Positions 31,624-41,386 of a stretch of DNA of 64,000 nt are shown piece by piece. The notes under the pieces were generated by a model that did no database searches, was not told the origin of the DNA, and saw only the letters and a program-made list of their open reading frames with translations. The translations under genes were made by a program, and so were the position numbers. The stretch's first letter is position 1; every line of letters starts with the position of its first letter. Origin of the DNA: Alphaproteobacteria bacterium (lineage in GTDB: Bacteria; Pseudomonadota; Alphaproteobacteria; UBA828); assembly GCA_963422645.2 (NCBI GenBank), contig CAXXVO010000012.1, positions 224,001 to 288,000 on the forward strand, read 5' to 3'.

Positions 31624-32501
31624 CCGGCGCCATCGAGTGCCGGTACTACGGGCGCGACTTCACCACCGACGAGATGGCGCTGCTGCGCGCCCTGATCGCC
31701 GCCGATCCGCAGCCGACCCGCGCCGCCCTGTCCAGAGAGTTCTGCCGGCGTATCGGCTGGCTCAAGCCCGACGGCGGCCTCAAGGACATGATGGCCAAGG
31801 TGACCATGCTCGCCATGCACCGCGACGGCGTGATCGTTCTGCCGCCGCCGAGGGGACGGCAGGGCCGGCCCAAGCCCTTCGTCTTCGGGCCTGACACCGA
31901 GCCGCCGCTGTTCCCGGCGCCGACGACGCTGGACGAGGTGCGCCCCCTCGACTTCCGCACCGTCATGCGCAACACGCGGGAAGGCAGGCTCTGGAACGAG
32001 TTCGTCGCCCGCTACCACTACCTCGGATACAAGACCCTGGTCGGCGCCCAGATGCGCTACGCCGTGCACGACCGAAACGGCTGGCCCGTCGCCATGCTCG
32101 GCTTCTCCACCGCCGCCTGGAAGCTCGCCCCGCGCGACAGCTTCATCGGATGGACGCCCGAGCTGCGCGAGAAGAACCTGCCGCTGGTGGTGGACAACCC
32201 GCGCTTCCTGATCCTGCCCTGGGTCGAGATCCCGAACCTGGGCTCGCACATCCTCGCCATCGTGCGCCGCCGCCTGCCCGAGGACTGGACCGCGCGCTAC
32301 AACGTCACACCGGTGCTCATCGAGACCTTCGTCGAGACCCCGCGCTACACCGGCGCCGTCTACCGCGCCTCGGGCTGGACCCGCGTCGGGACCACCCAGG
32401 GCCGCGGGCGCTACGACACGCACATGAAGCGGGCCGAGCCCAGGAAGGACATCTGGCTGCGGCCTCTCCGACGAGACTGGAAGCGGACACTCAATCGGTG
32501 A
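31620..32501 (+). CDS. DUF4338 (DruA-like) protein carried inside the IS66
   Basis: YHYLGY, WKLAPRDSFIGW, NPRFLILPW..PNLGS, ETFVE..RYTG.VYRASGW..VG.TQGRGR; ATGA overlap with tnpC. Confidence 0.85.
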   Translation: MTGAIECRYYGRDFTTDEMALLRALIAADPQPTRAALSREFCRRIGWLKPDGGLKDMMAKVTMLAMHRDGVIVLPPPRGRQGRPKPFVFGPDTEPPLFPAPTTLDEVRPLDFRTVMRNTREGRLWNEFVARYHYLGYKTLVGAQMRYAVHDRNGWPVAMLGFSTAAWKLAPRDSFIGWTPELREKNLPLVVDNPRFLILPWVEIPNLGSHILAIVRRRLPEDWTARYNVTPVLIETFVETPRYTGAVYRASGWTRVGTTQGRGRYDTHMKRAEPRKDIWLRPLRRDWKRTLNR

Positions 32502-32536
32502 AATCACCATCCATCACCTGAGAACGGAAGCATTAC
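32403..32536 (-). repeat. Right 134-bp terminal inverted repeat, overlapping the DUF4338 3' end
   Basis: Matches 29005-29138. Confidence 0.92.
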
Positions 32537-32563
32537 CAGAATTCCAGGATTCGGATCTGACCG

Positions 32564-33757
32564 ATGCCGAGACGCAACGAGTTCGTCATCACCAAGCGCA
32601 GCGTGGACGCGCTGTCCGTCGAGGGCAAGGAGGCGGTGTTCTGGGACCGGCGCCTGCCCGGCTTCGGCGTGCGCGTCCACCCCTCGGGCCGCAAGATGTA
32701 CGTGGTGCAATCCCGCGGTCCGGCGGGCTCGAAACGGGCGACCCTCGGCCGCCACGGTCCGCTCTCCGCCGAGCAGGCGCGCCGGCAGGCGGCAACCGTC
32801 ATCGACCGCATCAAGCAGGGGGAAGACCCGCTGCCGCCCCCACCGGTCGAGCCGGAGCCCGAGCCCACGGTGGCCGATCTCGCAGCGCGCTTCATGCGCA
32901 AGCATGTGGCGACGAACTGCAAGCCGTCGACCGCGACCGACTACAAGTGGACGCTCGACCGGCACATCCTGCCGGCGCTGGGCGGGCTCGCGGTGGGCGC
33001 GGTGGATCGAGAACATGTCGCGTCCCTCCATTACGGGTTGCGTGAGACGCCGTTCGTCGCCAACCGCGTGCTGGCGACGCTGAGCAAGATGCTTTCGCTG
33101 GCCGAGGCTTGGGGCCTCCGGGCCAAGGGCACCAACCCGCGCCGCTTCGTGCGCCGCTATCCGGAGCGGCGGCGCGAGCGGTTCCTCACATGCGAGGAGT
33201 TCCGCCTCCTGGGCGCGGTGCTCGACGAGGCGGAGGCCGACGGCTCGGTGTATCCCTCAGCGGTGGCGGCGATCCGGCTCCTGATGCTGACGGGGTGCCG
33301 CAAGGGCGAGATCCTGGGCCTGAAATGGGACGACGTGGACCGCACGGCGGGGGAACTGCGGCTGCGCGACGGCAAGACGGGTGCGCGCATGGTGCCGCTG
33401 TCTCCCACCGTGGCCGAAGTGCTGAACGCCATCCCCCGGGTTCCCGGCAATTCGTGGGTGATCGCGGGCAAGAAGCCGGACGCGCCGCTGTGCGCCGTCG
33501 ACGACCAGTGGAGCAAGCTGCGCAAGCGGGCCGGTCTGGAGGACGTGCGCATTCATGACCTTCGACATTCGTACGCCTCAAGGGCTCTGGCGCTGGGCGA
33601 GAGCCTGACGATGATCGGGGCGCTGCTCGGCCATAGCCAAGTCGAGACCACGGCGCGCTACGCCCATCTCGCGCGAGACACCGAGAAAGCCTCGGCGGCG
33701 AAGGTCGGCGGCAGCATCGGGGCGGACATCATGCCGGAGGACGCCGCAGCCGCGTGA
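32564..33757 (+). CDS. Tyrosine integrase A1 (arm-binding domain + catalytic domain)
   Basis: WD..LPGFGVRV, TGCRKGE, KTG, HDLRHS, LLGH, TARYAH. Confidence 0.93.
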   Translation: MPRRNEFVITKRSVDALSVEGKEAVFWDRRLPGFGVRVHPSGRKMYVVQSRGPAGSKRATLGRHGPLSAEQARRQAATVIDRIKQGEDPLPPPPVEPEPEPTVADLAARFMRKHVATNCKPSTATDYKWTLDRHILPALGGLAVGAVDREHVASLHYGLRETPFVANRVLATLSKMLSLAEAWGLRAKGTNPRRFVRRYPERRRERFLTCEEFRLLGAVLDEAEADGSVYPSAVAAIRLLMLTGCRKGEILGLKWDDVDRTAGELRLRDGKTGARMVPLSPTVAEVLNAIPRVPGNSWVIAGKKPDAPLCAVDDQWSKLRKRAGLEDVRIHDLRHSYASRALALGESLTMIGALLGHSQVETTARYAHLARDTEKASAAKVGGSIGADIMPEDAAAA

Positions 33758-33789
33758 GGCCCGGCAACGGCGATGGGAACAGAGAGACG

Positions 33790-34989
33790 ATGGCGAAGCT
33801 CCAATCCATGACGATCTCGCGGCGCACGGTGGACGCGCTGCGCGCCGGCAAGGACACGGTATTCTGGGATTCGGAGCTTTCGGGCTTCGGGGTCCGCGTC
33901 TATCCCTCGGGCGCGAAGATGTACGTCGTGCAGACACGGGCGCGAGGCAAGTCGACGCGGATCACGGTGGGCCGGCACGGCGTGCTGACGCCCGAGGAGG
34001 CGCGCCGGCGGGCCGCGCTCATCATCGCGCGGGTCAAGGCGGGCGAGGAGCCGATCCCGGCGCCGCTCGCGCCGAAGCCGGAGCCCGGCCCGACGGTGGC
34101 CGATCTGGCCGAACGCTACCGGACCGAACATCTCGAAGTGCGCTGCAAACCGAGCACGGTCAAGACTGCAAGCACGGCCATAGAGCAGCACATTCTGCCG
34201 GCGCCCGGGACGCTCCCGCTGATGGAAGTCGAGCGGGACAAGGTGATGGCGCTGCACGGCGGCTTGAGCGAAACGCCCGCGATGGCCAACCTCGCGGTGG
34301 ATGTCATCTCCCGCATGTTCACCATGGCCGAGGCGTGGGGCATGGTGCCGGACGGTAGCAATCCGTGCCGCGAGATCGTCAAATACAGGATGCGCAAGCG
34401 CGAGCGGTTCCTGACCGACGGGGAGTTCCGGCGCCTGGGCGTAGTGTTGGGCGAGGCTGTGTCCGGGGGCAAGGTCTCGGTGCATGCTGCCGCAGCGATC
34501 CGGCTGTTGATGCTGACGGGCTGCCGGTGCAACGAGATCCTGACCCTGCTATGGGAGGACGTGGACTTGGAGGCGAACGAGATGCGGCTCCGCGATAGCA
34601 AGACTGGGCCGCGGGCGGTTCCGCTGTCGCCGGCGGCGGTGAAGGTCCTCTCGGACCTGCCGCGCGTTCCGGGCAATCCCTGGGTCATCGCGGGGCGCGT
34701 CAAGGGCACGCACATGAAGAACCTCGGCGGCCCGTGGGGGATCGTCCGGGCGCGGGCCGATCTGAACGATGTCCGCATCCATGACCTCCGACATTCGTTC
34801 GCCTCGCGGGCGCTGGCGCTGGGGGAATCTCTGCCGATGATCGGCAAGCTGCTCGGACATGCGCGGGCGCAGACCACCGCGCGTTATGCCCATCTGGCGC
34901 GGGACTCGGTCAAGGAAGCCGCGGCCAGAATCTCCGACAGCATCGCGGACGATATCCTGAAGAGCCGCAGACGAGCGGAGGCTGCTTGA
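33790..34989 (+). CDS. Tyrosine integrase A2
   Basis: Same architecture; TGCRCNE, HDLRHS, LLGH, TARYAH. Confidence 0.93.
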   Translation: MAKLQSMTISRRTVDALRAGKDTVFWDSELSGFGVRVYPSGAKMYVVQTRARGKSTRITVGRHGVLTPEEARRRAALIIARVKAGEEPIPAPLAPKPEPGPTVADLAERYRTEHLEVRCKPSTVKTASTAIEQHILPAPGTLPLMEVERDKVMALHGGLSETPAMANLAVDVISRMFTMAEAWGMVPDGSNPCREIVKYRMRKRERFLTDGEFRRLGVVLGEAVSGGKVSVHAAAAIRLLMLTGCRCNEILTLLWEDVDLEANEMRLRDSKTGPRAVPLSPAAVKVLSDLPRVPGNPWVIAGRVKGTHMKNLGGPWGIVRARADLNDVRIHDLRHSFASRALALGESLPMIGKLLGHARAQTTARYAHLARDSVKEAAARISDSIADDILKSRRRAEAA

Positions 34990-35248
34990 GTTCCATCGAC
35001 CACATGGCCCCTCCTCGGAGTTGGTCTCCGGGTCACTGTTCTCCGGAGCATCCGGGGTCTTTCCCGCGCCGTGAACATGCGCTGGATCGAGGAACCGAGT
35101 CGGCGTGACGAGCGAATCCCCGCAAGCCTCATGCGGCCTCGCCCGCCGCGACAGCCGAAGAATGCGCACCGCCTGGAATTTTGCCAATTTTGTTGTATTT
35201 TCCGGGTGGGGTCTGGCCAAGCCGATCAGAACGCGAGCGCGATGGATA

Positions 35249-35461
35249 ATGACTGACACCGATGTCATGACCGTGCGCGAGGTGGCCGAGTACCTCAAGG
35301 TCAAGGACCGTACGATCTACCGGCTGGTCGCCAACGGAGAGATACCGGGCTTCAAGGTTGGCGGCTCCTGGCGGTTCAGGAAAAGCGAGATCGACCTGTG
35401 GACCGAGGCGCACGCGGTCGGGCCGGACGACCCGGGTAGGCGGGTGGAGAGCAGCGTATGA
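35249..35461 (+). CDS. Excisionase-like HTH protein
   Basis: MTVREVAEYLKV..RTIYRL...GEIPGFKVGGSWRF; ATGA overlap with next gene. Confidence 0.85.
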   Translation: MTDTDVMTVREVAEYLKVKDRTIYRLVANGEIPGFKVGGSWRFRKSEIDLWTEAHAVGPDDPGRRVESSV

Positions 35462-38400
35462 CCGTCCCGACGATATTCGAGACCTGCCGGCCGCGCGCGG
35501 ATGTTCTCAAGGGGGCGATCGCCGAGGCCGACTTCGCGGCGGATCTGGCCCAGGTCATCGTCGGCAAGGGAAACGCCGAATATCTCGATCCGGCGCGCTT
35601 CTTCGCCAACACATACCCAACCAGAGGCCTTCGGAACCTGCTCGCCAACGTGTGCAGGCGTCTGACCGGCGCGGGTGGCGAGGTCGCGTCGATCTTCCGG
35701 CTCGATACGTCCTATGGCGGCGGCAAGTCGCACGGGCTGATCGCACTGTGTCACGCCGCGCGCGGCGTGGGGGACGTGCCGGGTATCGCGGAGTTCATCG
35801 ACCCTTCGCTGTTGCCGCGAAGCCGTGTGCGCATCGCCGCCTTCGACGGCGAGAACGCCGACCCGACCAACGGGCGCCGCATGGAAGACGGTGTTCTCGC
35901 CCATACGCCCTGGGGCGAGATCGCCTGTGCGCTTGCCGGCAGGGAGGGGTATGAACGAGTACGCAAGAGCGACGAGAGCCGCATCGCGCCGGGCGCCGGG
36001 ACCTTGCGCGAGCTGTTCGGCGGCGAGCCCACCCTGATCCTGCTCGACGAGCTTTCGGTCTACCTGCGCAAGGTCCGCAACCTCGGAGACGCCCGCGACC
36101 AGTTGACGGCATTCCTGACCTCCCTGTTCAAGGCCGTCGAAAGCGCGCCCGACGCCGTCCTCGTCTACACGCTGGCGATCGGCAAGGACGGGCGGGCGAG
36201 CGACGCCTATACCGACGAAAACCAGTTCATTGCCGACCGCATGGCGGAGGCGGAGAGCGTCTCCGCGCGCAAGGCGACGCTGTTGAACCCCACCGAGGAA
36301 GACGAGACGGTTCGGGTGCTCCGCCGCCGCCTGTTCGAGTCCATCGACGAGACGGCGGTTCCGGCGGTCGCGGATGCCTATCGGGTGCTCTGGACCGCCC
36401 ACAGGGAGTCCCTTGCGGACGATGCCGCCCGGCCCGAGACCGTCGAGACCTTCCTGGCGAGCTACCCGCTGCACCCGGAAGTCCTCGAAACCCTGACCGG
36501 TAAGACCGCGACGCTGGGCAATTTCCAGCGGGTGCGCGGCATGCTGCGGCTTCTGGCGCGCACGATCTCGCATCTCTGGGCGGAAAAGCCCACCGACGCG
36601 ACCGCGATTCACCTGCATCATATCGACCCGGGCCATGAGCCGATCCGCCAGGAGATCGTGACGCGGCTCGGGCAGTCCGCCTATGTGCCGGCGATCGCCA
36701 ACGATGTCTCCGGCTCGGCCGGGAAGAAGGCGTTGGCACAGGAGATCGACGCTGCCCACCACGGCGGCCTGCCGGCCTACGCGGCCTGTGTCGCCCGCAC
36801 CGTCTTCATGCACACGCTTGCCTTCAACGATCCGCTGAAAGGGATTGCGCCGGAGCGGTTGCGCTACTCGATCCTCGGCCCCGCGACGGACATCAGCTTC
36901 ATCGAGGAAGCGCGCAAGAAGTTCATCGCCGAATCCGCCTATCTGGACGACCGCCCCGGAGCGCCGATGCGTTTTCTCGCCGAGGCCAATCTGCGCCAGA
37001 TCGTCCGCCGCGAGGAAGGCCATGTCGATGCCGGGGAAGCGCGCGCCCAGCTCAACGACCGCATCCGTGAGATATTCGGCGGCAAGACATTCGAGGCGGC
37101 GCCGTTCCCCGGAGGGCCGTTCGATGTTCCCGACGAGGTCGCGGACGGCCGCCCGAAGCTTGCCGTCCTAGCCTATGACGGCGTTACCGTTGGCAGCTCG
37201 GTCGAGAACGTGCCCGAGTTGATCGCGCGCATCTATACCCGGAAGGGTTCGGAAGGCTCCGCGTTGCGGGCGCTTCGAAACAACCTGGTGTTCGTGGTCG
37301 CGGACGACGCCCGCAAGGAGGAAATGCGCCGCAAGACGTACCACCGCCTGGCGCTGCGGGAGATGAAGAAGCCGGAACGCCTCGTCGAATTGGCGGAGCA
37401 CCAGCAAGCCCAGGTGCGCGAGATGGAGGCCCGGTCCGAGCAGGAGCTCGCGATCGCCATCCAACAGTGCTACCGGCACGTGTTCTACCCCTCCCGCAAC
37501 CGCGTCGGCGCGAGCGATGTCGATCTGGCCCACACAGCGATCGACATTCATTCCACCTCCGATCAGCCCGGCGCGGGACAGCAGCAGGTCGTTCGGGCCT
37601 TGCGCGACCTCAAGAAACTGCGCCTGCCCGAGGACGAGCCGGACTCGCCCGCCTATGTGCGCGACCGCACGCCGCTGAAGAAAGGGCAAGTCACCACCTT
37701 GGCGTTGCGCGACGAGTTCCGGCGCGACCCGGCGCTGCCGATCCTGGTGGGCGAGGACATCTTCATTCGCGGGGTGAGACGCGGCATCGATCAGGGCGAG
37801 TATGTCTACCGGCGCGGAGACCTGCTGTTCGGGCTTGGGGACCCGTCGGCGGGTATCGCGATCGACGAGCAATCCGTCGTTTTCACGATGGCCTACGCGA
37901 AGAATGCCGGCATCTGGCCACGGAAGACCGATGGACCGCCGGAACCCGGGACAGGTGACGATACGCCGGGCCAACCAAACGGGATGGACGAGGACGAACC
38001 GGATTGGGAATCGAGCACGGAACCGGTTGGCGGCCTTCCTGTCGGGCAGGCGCCGCCGGGCTCGTTTACCGCGGAGGGCGTGCTCCGGGAGGCGCTGATC
38101 CGGTTGTGGGAGCAGGCGCGGGCGAAGGATGTCGAGACCATAGGAGCGCTGACGATCCGAATGTTCGAGGCGGGCGACGCATTCCGGCTTCTCGGCGCCG
38201 TGGGGGCGGTATCCGGCGCGGAGAAGGTCGTCACCATCTCGGGCGGCTACGAAACCGGCGACGGCGGGTCGTTCGAAATCGAGTTCCGGGGGCCTGTATC
38301 GGATGCGCAACCGGTTCGGGAGTTCCTCGAACCGCAGCTGCGCGATGCCAAAACCCGAAGCCTGGAAGCGGGCTTCGAACTGATCTTCGAAAGCGGGCTG

Positions 38401-38499
38401 TCGATGCGGGACGATGCGGCGGAGAAATTGACCGAGCGCCTCGGCCGGTTCGCGAGCGGCGCCGCCTATGTGTCGGCGACGGCGGAGGTGAAGGCGTAA
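35458..38499 (+). CDS. DUF499 family AAA+ ATPase
   Basis: FAADL, FFANTYPT.GL, Walker A YGGGKSH, TPWGE, ILLDEL, SYPLHPE, NFQRVRGMLRLLA. Confidence 0.88.
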   Translation: MTVPTIFETCRPRADVLKGAIAEADFAADLAQVIVGKGNAEYLDPARFFANTYPTRGLRNLLANVCRRLTGAGGEVASIFRLDTSYGGGKSHGLIALCHAARGVGDVPGIAEFIDPSLLPRSRVRIAAFDGENADPTNGRRMEDGVLAHTPWGEIACALAGREGYERVRKSDESRIAPGAGTLRELFGGEPTLILLDELSVYLRKVRNLGDARDQLTAFLTSLFKAVESAPDAVLVYTLAIGKDGRASDAYTDENQFIADRMAEAESVSARKATLLNPTEEDETVRVLRRRLFESIDETAVPAVADAYRVLWTAHRESLADDAARPETVETFLASYPLHPEVLETLTGKTATLGNFQRVRGMLRLLARTISHLWAEKPTDATAIHLHHIDPGHEPIRQEIVTRLGQSAYVPAIANDVSGSAGKKALAQEIDAAHHGGLPAYAACVARTVFMHTLAFNDPLKGIAPERLRYSILGPATDISFIEEARKKFIAESAYLDDRPGAPMRFLAEANLRQIVRREEGHVDAGEARAQLNDRIREIFGGKTFEAAPFPGGPFDVPDEVADGRPKLAVLAYDGVTVGSSVENVPELIARIYTRKGSEGSALRALRNNLVFVVADDARKEEMRRKTYHRLALREMKKPERLVELAEHQQAQVREMEARSEQELAIAIQQCYRHVFYPSRNRVGASDVDLAHTAIDIHSTSDQPGAGQQQVVRALRDLKKLRLPEDEPDSPAYVRDRTPLKKGQVTTLALRDEFRRDPALPILVGEDIFIRGVRRGIDQGEYVYRRGDLLFGLGDPSAGIAIDEQSVVFTMAYAKNAGIWPRKTDGPPEPGTGDDTPGQPNGMDEDEPDWESSTEPVGGLPVGQAPPGSFTAEGVLREALIRLWEQARAKDVETIGALTIRMFEAGDAFRLLGAVGAVSGAEKVVTISGGYETGDGGSFEIEFRGPVSDAQPVREFLEPQLRDAKTRSLEAGFELIFESGLSMRDDAAEKLTERLGRFASGAAYVSATAEVKA

Positions 38500-38979
38500 A
38501 TGGCGCGTCCGGATCCCATATCGCAGATCGAGACCCTTGGGTCGGCGCCGCGCTATGAGTTGCGGATGCGGTGTCGTGGGCCAACGAATGCCGCCTACGA
38601 AATCTGGCAATTGCCGGCCAGCGCCTCGCCCCATGTGACGTGCGCGCTGCGCGTCGCCGGGCTTCATGGCCGCAACCTCGAACTGGTGGAGCATCGGGTG
38701 CTCAGAAGGCTGTCGCAAGCTGGCGTCAAGCCGGACCAGCGGGCCGATGCGATGAAACGGGGCTATGCGTTGACAGAGGATATCGCGTTGACGCTGGGCC
38801 TCCTGTTCCGCACGCTGGCGCCGATGCGCAGCCGCGACAACATGCGGGCCGTGGCCGAGGGCATCGAAGCCATGGGGCACGAGGAGGCGGCCTACTGGCT
38901 CGGCATGGCGATGCACCGCAAGAGCCCGCGCCGTGTGCTGATGGCGCTGCGCGTTCTGTTGACCGAGCCGAAACGATAG
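38500..38979 (+). CDS. Small accessory protein of the DUF499 system (DUF3780-position gene)
   Basis: Abuts DUF499; GIEAM..EEAAYWLG...ALRVLL; assignment positional. Confidence 0.6.
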   Translation: MARPDPISQIETLGSAPRYELRMRCRGPTNAAYEIWQLPASASPHVTCALRVAGLHGRNLELVEHRVLRRLSQAGVKPDQRADAMKRGYALTEDIALTLGLLFRTLAPMRSRDNMRAVAEGIEAMGHEEAAYWLGMAMHRKSPRRVLMALRVLLTEPKR

Positions 38980-38993
38980 TCCGGGAGGGCACC

Positions 38994-39695
38994 ATGCGGA
39001 TCGAACCGGAGACCGGGGGCGTGAGCGTTGTCGTCCTGGGCGATTTCAACCCGGCGATTTTCACACCGGCTTGGTTCGCCCTTCATGGCCTTCTGTCGGA
39101 AAGCGCGGCGGATAACGCCGATCTGAAAGTAGCCAGCCCCCAAGTGACGGCGTTCTCCACGGAGTGGCTTGATCTTCAGGTCACTGCCGACCGCTTTCAG
39201 GCCAATACGCAGCAGGCCCCCCTTATTCGCGTGCGCGATCTTGCGGTGCGCGTGTTCAGGGAGCACCTTCATCATACGCCCCTCAGGGTAATCGGCATCA
39301 ACCGAGATGTTCATTTTCGGGTGACGGATCAGGCCACGCGGGACCGGATCGGCAGGATATTGGCGCCGCCGGAACCTTGGGGGGGGTGGAAAGATGAGCT
39401 CGATCTGGGTGGCGAGTATGGCGGAATGAAATCTCTCACGATGTCGCAGTTCAGCCCTGCAGGAAGACCGCCAGGCGGGCAGATGAACGTGACGGTGGAA
39501 CCGTCCGCCCGGATCGGTAGCGGGCGGACGGGGATTTATGTCAATGTCAACGATCACTACGCTGCCGGCAGTGGCGGCCCCGATGCCCGCACGGAATTGC
39601 TGGGGTTCTTGGAGAACGATTTCGATTCGTCGATCCAACGCAGCGAAGGGATCGTCGATCATGTTATGTCCTTGGCGACGAATCGGGAGGGATGA
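38994..39695 (+). CDS. Hypothetical protein (G.FNPAIF.P.W motif)
   Basis: GGGAGG RBS, 233 aa, ATGA overlap with next gene; GINRDVHF, NVNDHY. Confidence 0.7.
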   Translation: MRIEPETGGVSVVVLGDFNPAIFTPAWFALHGLLSESAADNADLKVASPQVTAFSTEWLDLQVTADRFQANTQQAPLIRVRDLAVRVFREHLHHTPLRVIGINRDVHFRVTDQATRDRIGRILAPPEPWGGWKDELDLGGEYGGMKSLTMSQFSPAGRPPGGQMNVTVEPSARIGSGRTGIYVNVNDHYAAGSGGPDARTELLGFLENDFDSSIQRSEGIVDHVMSLATNREG

Positions 39696-40297
39696 ACGCC
39701 ATGACTCGGTCTGACCGAACTACGGCGGCTTGGAGCTTCGATACGCCGTCCGAGGGCAGCGGTACCGGGGCGGATACCGAGTTGCAATTCCTCCTTGCGA
39801 ACGCCGATGCAGCGATAAGTCAGGCGTGGATGCCGGCGGACGCTGCCCGCGGCGAGATGCCATCAACCGGAAGCCTGCCCGACTTTCCCCCGGACCGCAC
39901 CCGAAGCGGCGAGATTGCCTCCGCTGTCGTGAACCTGCTGCCGCCGATAAAGCCGGCACCGCGCAGGGCCACGCTCCATCCGTTGCAGGAGTGGGAAGGG
40001 TATGTCGTCGAAATCGGAGACGAGGATTTCACGGCGCGGCTGGTCGATCTGACCGCCAACCATTCGTATGAAAGCGAAGAAGCGACGATTCCGCTCGCCG
40101 AAATCTCGGAGCGCGATGCCGCCGGCATGACGGAGGGCAGCATCTTCCGCTGGGTGATCGGCTATGAGCGTTCCGCCGAGGGAACCCGGAAGCGGGTCTC
40201 GCAGATCGTCTTTCGCGACCTGCCCAGAATGACCGAAAGCGATCTTCTCACCGGCGAGGCGTGGGCGGAGAAGATTGCAGCGGCACTCAATCCGTGA
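39692..40297 (+). CDS. Hypothetical protein with beta-rich C-terminal domain
   Basis: LQEWEGYVVEI...FTARLVDLT...GSIFRWVIGYE; coupled on both sides. Confidence 0.7.
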   Translation: MNAMTRSDRTTAAWSFDTPSEGSGTGADTELQFLLANADAAISQAWMPADAARGEMPSTGSLPDFPPDRTRSGEIASAVVNLLPPIKPAPRRATLHPLQEWEGYVVEIGDEDFTARLVDLTANHSYESEEATIPLAEISERDAAGMTEGSIFRWVIGYERSAEGTRKRVSQIVFRDLPRMTESDLLTGEAWAEKIAAALNP

Positions 40298-41379
40298 CGG
40301 CGACGGGTCCACTCAAGGACGGCGAATTCGAATTGACGCTTCTCGGCCCCGGCTACGGGGAGAGTATCGTCATGCATGTCGGCGACGGCCGGTGGGTCAT
40401 CGTCGATTCCTGCCTCGACTCCGACGGAACACCCGGTGCCCTGCGACACCTTGAGAATGTTGGCGTTGACCCGGCTCGGGCAGTGGCACTGATCGTTGCC
40501 ACTCACTGGCACGATGATCATATACGCGGGATTTCGCGTTTGGTCGATGCGTGTCCCGCTGCGCAATTCTCTTGCGCAAGCGCGCTCTGCCGCAAGGAGT
40601 TTCTGGAATTGGTAGGAGCATTGGAAGGCCGCCATTTTTCCGCATCCGGGTCTGGATTGCGCGAACTCCATAGTACATTTTCGCAGCTGGGGGAAAAGAA
40701 AAAGGTGCCAATTCACGCAGTTGCCAACCGCGTCATCTTTCGGGAAGGGAATTGCGATATATGGTCTCTCTCGCCAAGCGATAAGGTCTTCCAGCACTTT
40801 CTTAGATCCGTTGGACGCCTGATTCCGGACCAAGGTGAGAACAAGACACGGATTCCAAGTTTTTCTCCCAACGAAGTCGCCGTTGCGCTTTGGATTGACA
40901 CAGGAAACTTCACACTGCTCCTCGGCGCCGATTTGGAAAGGCGTGGTTGGGTTGCCATTCTCGGGAGCCAAGCGCGGCCCGCAGGCCAAGCGTCGGTTTT
41001 CAAGATTCCGCACCATGGCTCGCAGAACGCCGATGAACCAGCCGTTTGGCAAACTATGTTGGAGCTCAACCCTGCCGCCATTCTCAGCCCGTGGCACCGA
41101 GGCGGCCGCATTCTGCCAAAGCAGGACGACATAGAACGTATTCTGGCCACCACTCCAAACGCCTATGCTTCCAGTGCTGCGCCTCGTTCGCCCCGATCAG
41201 GCCGTAACCACGCAAACAGAATGGTGGCGAAAACTCTTGCGGAATCCGATGCCCGCTTTCGTCCGCTGACCTCTCGCGCCAGTTCAATCCAGTTGCGCCG
41301 CCCCCTCAGCTCTGGAACGCAGTGGTCGGTCGAGTTGTTCGGCGATGCCTGCCACCTTACAGCCTTGACGGCGGCGTGA
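40294..41379 (+). CDS. Metallo-beta-lactamase-fold hydrolase (ComEC/Rec2-like, possible nuclease)
   Basis: GPGYGESIV, IVDSC, THWHDDH (HxHxDH), LLGADLE, KIPHHGS; GTGA overlap. Confidence 0.85.
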   Translation: MTATGPLKDGEFELTLLGPGYGESIVMHVGDGRWVIVDSCLDSDGTPGALRHLENVGVDPARAVALIVATHWHDDHIRGISRLVDACPAAQFSCASALCRKEFLELVGALEGRHFSASGSGLRELHSTFSQLGEKKKVPIHAVANRVIFREGNCDIWSLSPSDKVFQHFLRSVGRLIPDQGENKTRIPSFSPNEVAVALWIDTGNFTLLLGADLERRGWVAILGSQARPAGQASVFKIPHHGSQNADEPAVWQTMLELNPAAILSPWHRGGRILPKQDDIERILATTPNAYASSAAPRSPRSGRNHANRMVAKTLAESDARFRPLTSRASSIQLRRPLSSGTQWSVELFGDACHLTALTAA

Positions 41380-41386
41380 GCGGACG

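Larger units (their letters stand above)
29005..32536 (+). mobile_element. IS66-family element (3,532 bp) with 8-bp target duplication CAGAATTC
   Basis: GTAA...TTAC ends; TSD at 28997-29004 and 32537-32544; TnpC-like transposase. Confidence 0.93.

Noticed and set aside
29031-32501. 1,156-aa ORF overlapping tnpC in the -1 frame and continuous with DUF4338
   Set aside because: The first ~860 aa are low-complexity Arg/Ala/Gly/Pro shadow sequence; DUF4338 has its own ATGA-coupled start and I saw no slippery site. A frameshift fusion is not strictly excluded.
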